Shown in pieces: positions 62,884 to 64,000 of a DNA stretch of 64,000 nt (the first letter of the stretch is position 1; the number at the start of each line of letters is the position of its first letter). Below the pieces are notes generated by a model. The model was not told the origin of the DNA, searched no databases, and saw only the letters and a list, made by a program, of their open reading frames with translations. Location of the stretch: the IMG/VR virus record IMGVR_UViG_3300031992_000051, positions 31,688 to 95,687 of that record. One strand, written 5' to 3'. The translations under genes and the position numbers were made by a program. This stretch comes from a virus (taxonomy: Duplodnaviria > Caudoviricetes).

Positions 62884-64000
62884 CCAGTGGGACGGCTGGA
62901 TCGCCACCCGCGACGCGAGCCCGGACATGAAGGGCATGCTCGAGGAGATCGCGGCCACGTACCGCACGATCATCACGGAGGACGTCGAGGTCTTCAAGGA
63001 CTACCGCCTGCGGATGCGCGGCGGCAAGCCCCGCAAGACTCCGCTGCGCCCGGGCCTCTACCCGGAGTGCGAGCTGGACCGCGGCGACGGGGCTCACGGA
63101 TTCATAGACCTCATGTACGTCACCGCCGAGGGACTGGTCTATATCATCGACCTAAAATCGAATCGCGCGGAGAAGGACTTCTCGCTCCAGCTCGCCGCCT
63201 ATGCGTGCGACGTGAACCGGCTCTGCCCGGCGCATGTCGCGTTCATCTGCCAGATCATCGCGCCGAGGCTCGATGACGAGGCGCAGATGCGAATGGAGGT
63301 CGGCGTCGACGAGCTCGCCGCCTGGCGTAAGCGCATCGAGGAGATCGAGGACATCGCCGACCGCTCGGCGAATGACGATTCGATTCCCGGTGTGCCGTGT
63401 GACGCCTGCCAATATTGCCATTGGCGGTCTTGCGGGTGTAAGTACATGGCCGCAGCCACGCAGGCCGTCGCCGAGGTCGTGAACGAGGACCAGGTGACGG
63501 TCTCCGCCAAGACGGGCAAGACGACCATCGTGCAGGCCCTCGCGAACCTCGTCGGCCCGAACGGCCCGTACGCGGGCGAGGTGGTGACGGCGCAGACGTT
63601 CCTCAACCCGCCGACACCCTCTCAACGAGGGCTCCGCCGTGCGTGCATGAAGTTTCTCGAGACCTTCATCGAGGCGGCGAAGGAGGACGACCGCACGTGG
63701 GCCGCGCAGTTCCCGCCCGAACAGCAGGCGACGCTCGTCCCCGGCTTCTCCATCTCGACGGTCAAGGGCCGCTCGACGGTGGACACGAGCCGCACGGCCG
63801 ACATCCGCGAGGCCGTCATGTCCCGCTTCCACATGAACATCGAGGAGGTGTTCGAGGTGTCTTCGGTCGACACGAAGATGCTCGCCGAGAAGCTGGTCGT
63901 CGACGGCTGGACGAAGAAGAAGGCCGACGAGGAGATCAAGAAGTGCCTCGAGCCCTTCATGAACGTCGGCGCGCCGAGCGTCAGGTGGACGCAGAAGGCC
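62732..64000 (+). CDS. Cas4-like PD-(D/E)XK exonuclease (truncated at window edge)
   Basis: SPSSL...HCPR, GTMMHE, GFIDL...IIDLKS, QLAAY, PCDACQYC..C (4Fe-4S-type Cys layout). No stop before 64000, so absent from the ORF track. Confidence 0.8.
   Translation, partial: MAYKKRRVSPSSLAATEHCPRFRPDGKENDAAIDGTMMHEYAEEMVSLPRDQWDGWIATRDASPDMKGMLEEIAATYRTIITEDVEVFKDYRLRMRGGKPRKTPLRPGLYPECELDRGDGAHGFIDLMYVTAEGLVYIIDLKSNRAEKDFSLQLAAYACDVNRLCPAHVAFICQIIAPRLDDEAQMRMEVGVDELAAWRKRIEEIEDIADRSANDDSIPGVPCDACQYCHWRSCGCKYMAAATQAVAEVVNEDQVTVSAKTGKTTIVQALANLVGPNGPYAGEVVTAQTFLNPPTPSQRGLRRACMKFLETFIEAAKEDDRTWAAQFPPEQQATLVPGFSISTVKGRSTVDTSRTADIREAVMSRFHMNIEEVFEVSSVDTKMLAEKLVVDGWTKKKADEEIKKCLEPFMNVGAPSVRWTQKA

Noticed and set aside
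62732-64000. Cas4 as part of a CRISPR system
   Set aside because: Stand-alone Cas4-like nucleases are common in phage replication modules; no cas1/cas2 or array is present.

Overview
This is a 64-kb segment of a high-GC tailed dsDNA bacteriophage with two divergent arms. The minus strand (about 1-45.9 kb) is the virion module, in genome order: a giant protein running off the left edge (missing from the ORF track), several probable internal/ejection proteins, a head-tail adaptor, major capsid, scaffold, portal, a repeat-rich tail protein and the terminase large subunit. It continues with three fibre genes sharing a C-terminal module, each followed by putative receptor-binding genes (including BspA-like LRR proteins), and a lysis-like cassette with a papain-family (C1A) cysteine protease where an endolysin would be expected. 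No sheath or tape measure is evident, so the layout looks podovirus-like. The plus strand (46.4-64 kb) has many short early genes, an HNH endonuclease inserted at the start of an SF2 helicase, and a Cas4-like PD-(D/E)XK nuclease. Between the arms are a 55-bp tandem repeat, an AT-rich patch and a roughly 2-kb, almost non-coding, densely structured locus (47.3-49.35 kb). That locus is my best candidate for an undescribed system. It holds a 342-nt CCA-ending RNA with tmRNA-like architecture but tRNA-Leu rather than Ala identity elements, a circularly permuted tRNA-like element, a mini tRNA-like element and pseudoknots. All folds and family calls were made by eye, without searches.
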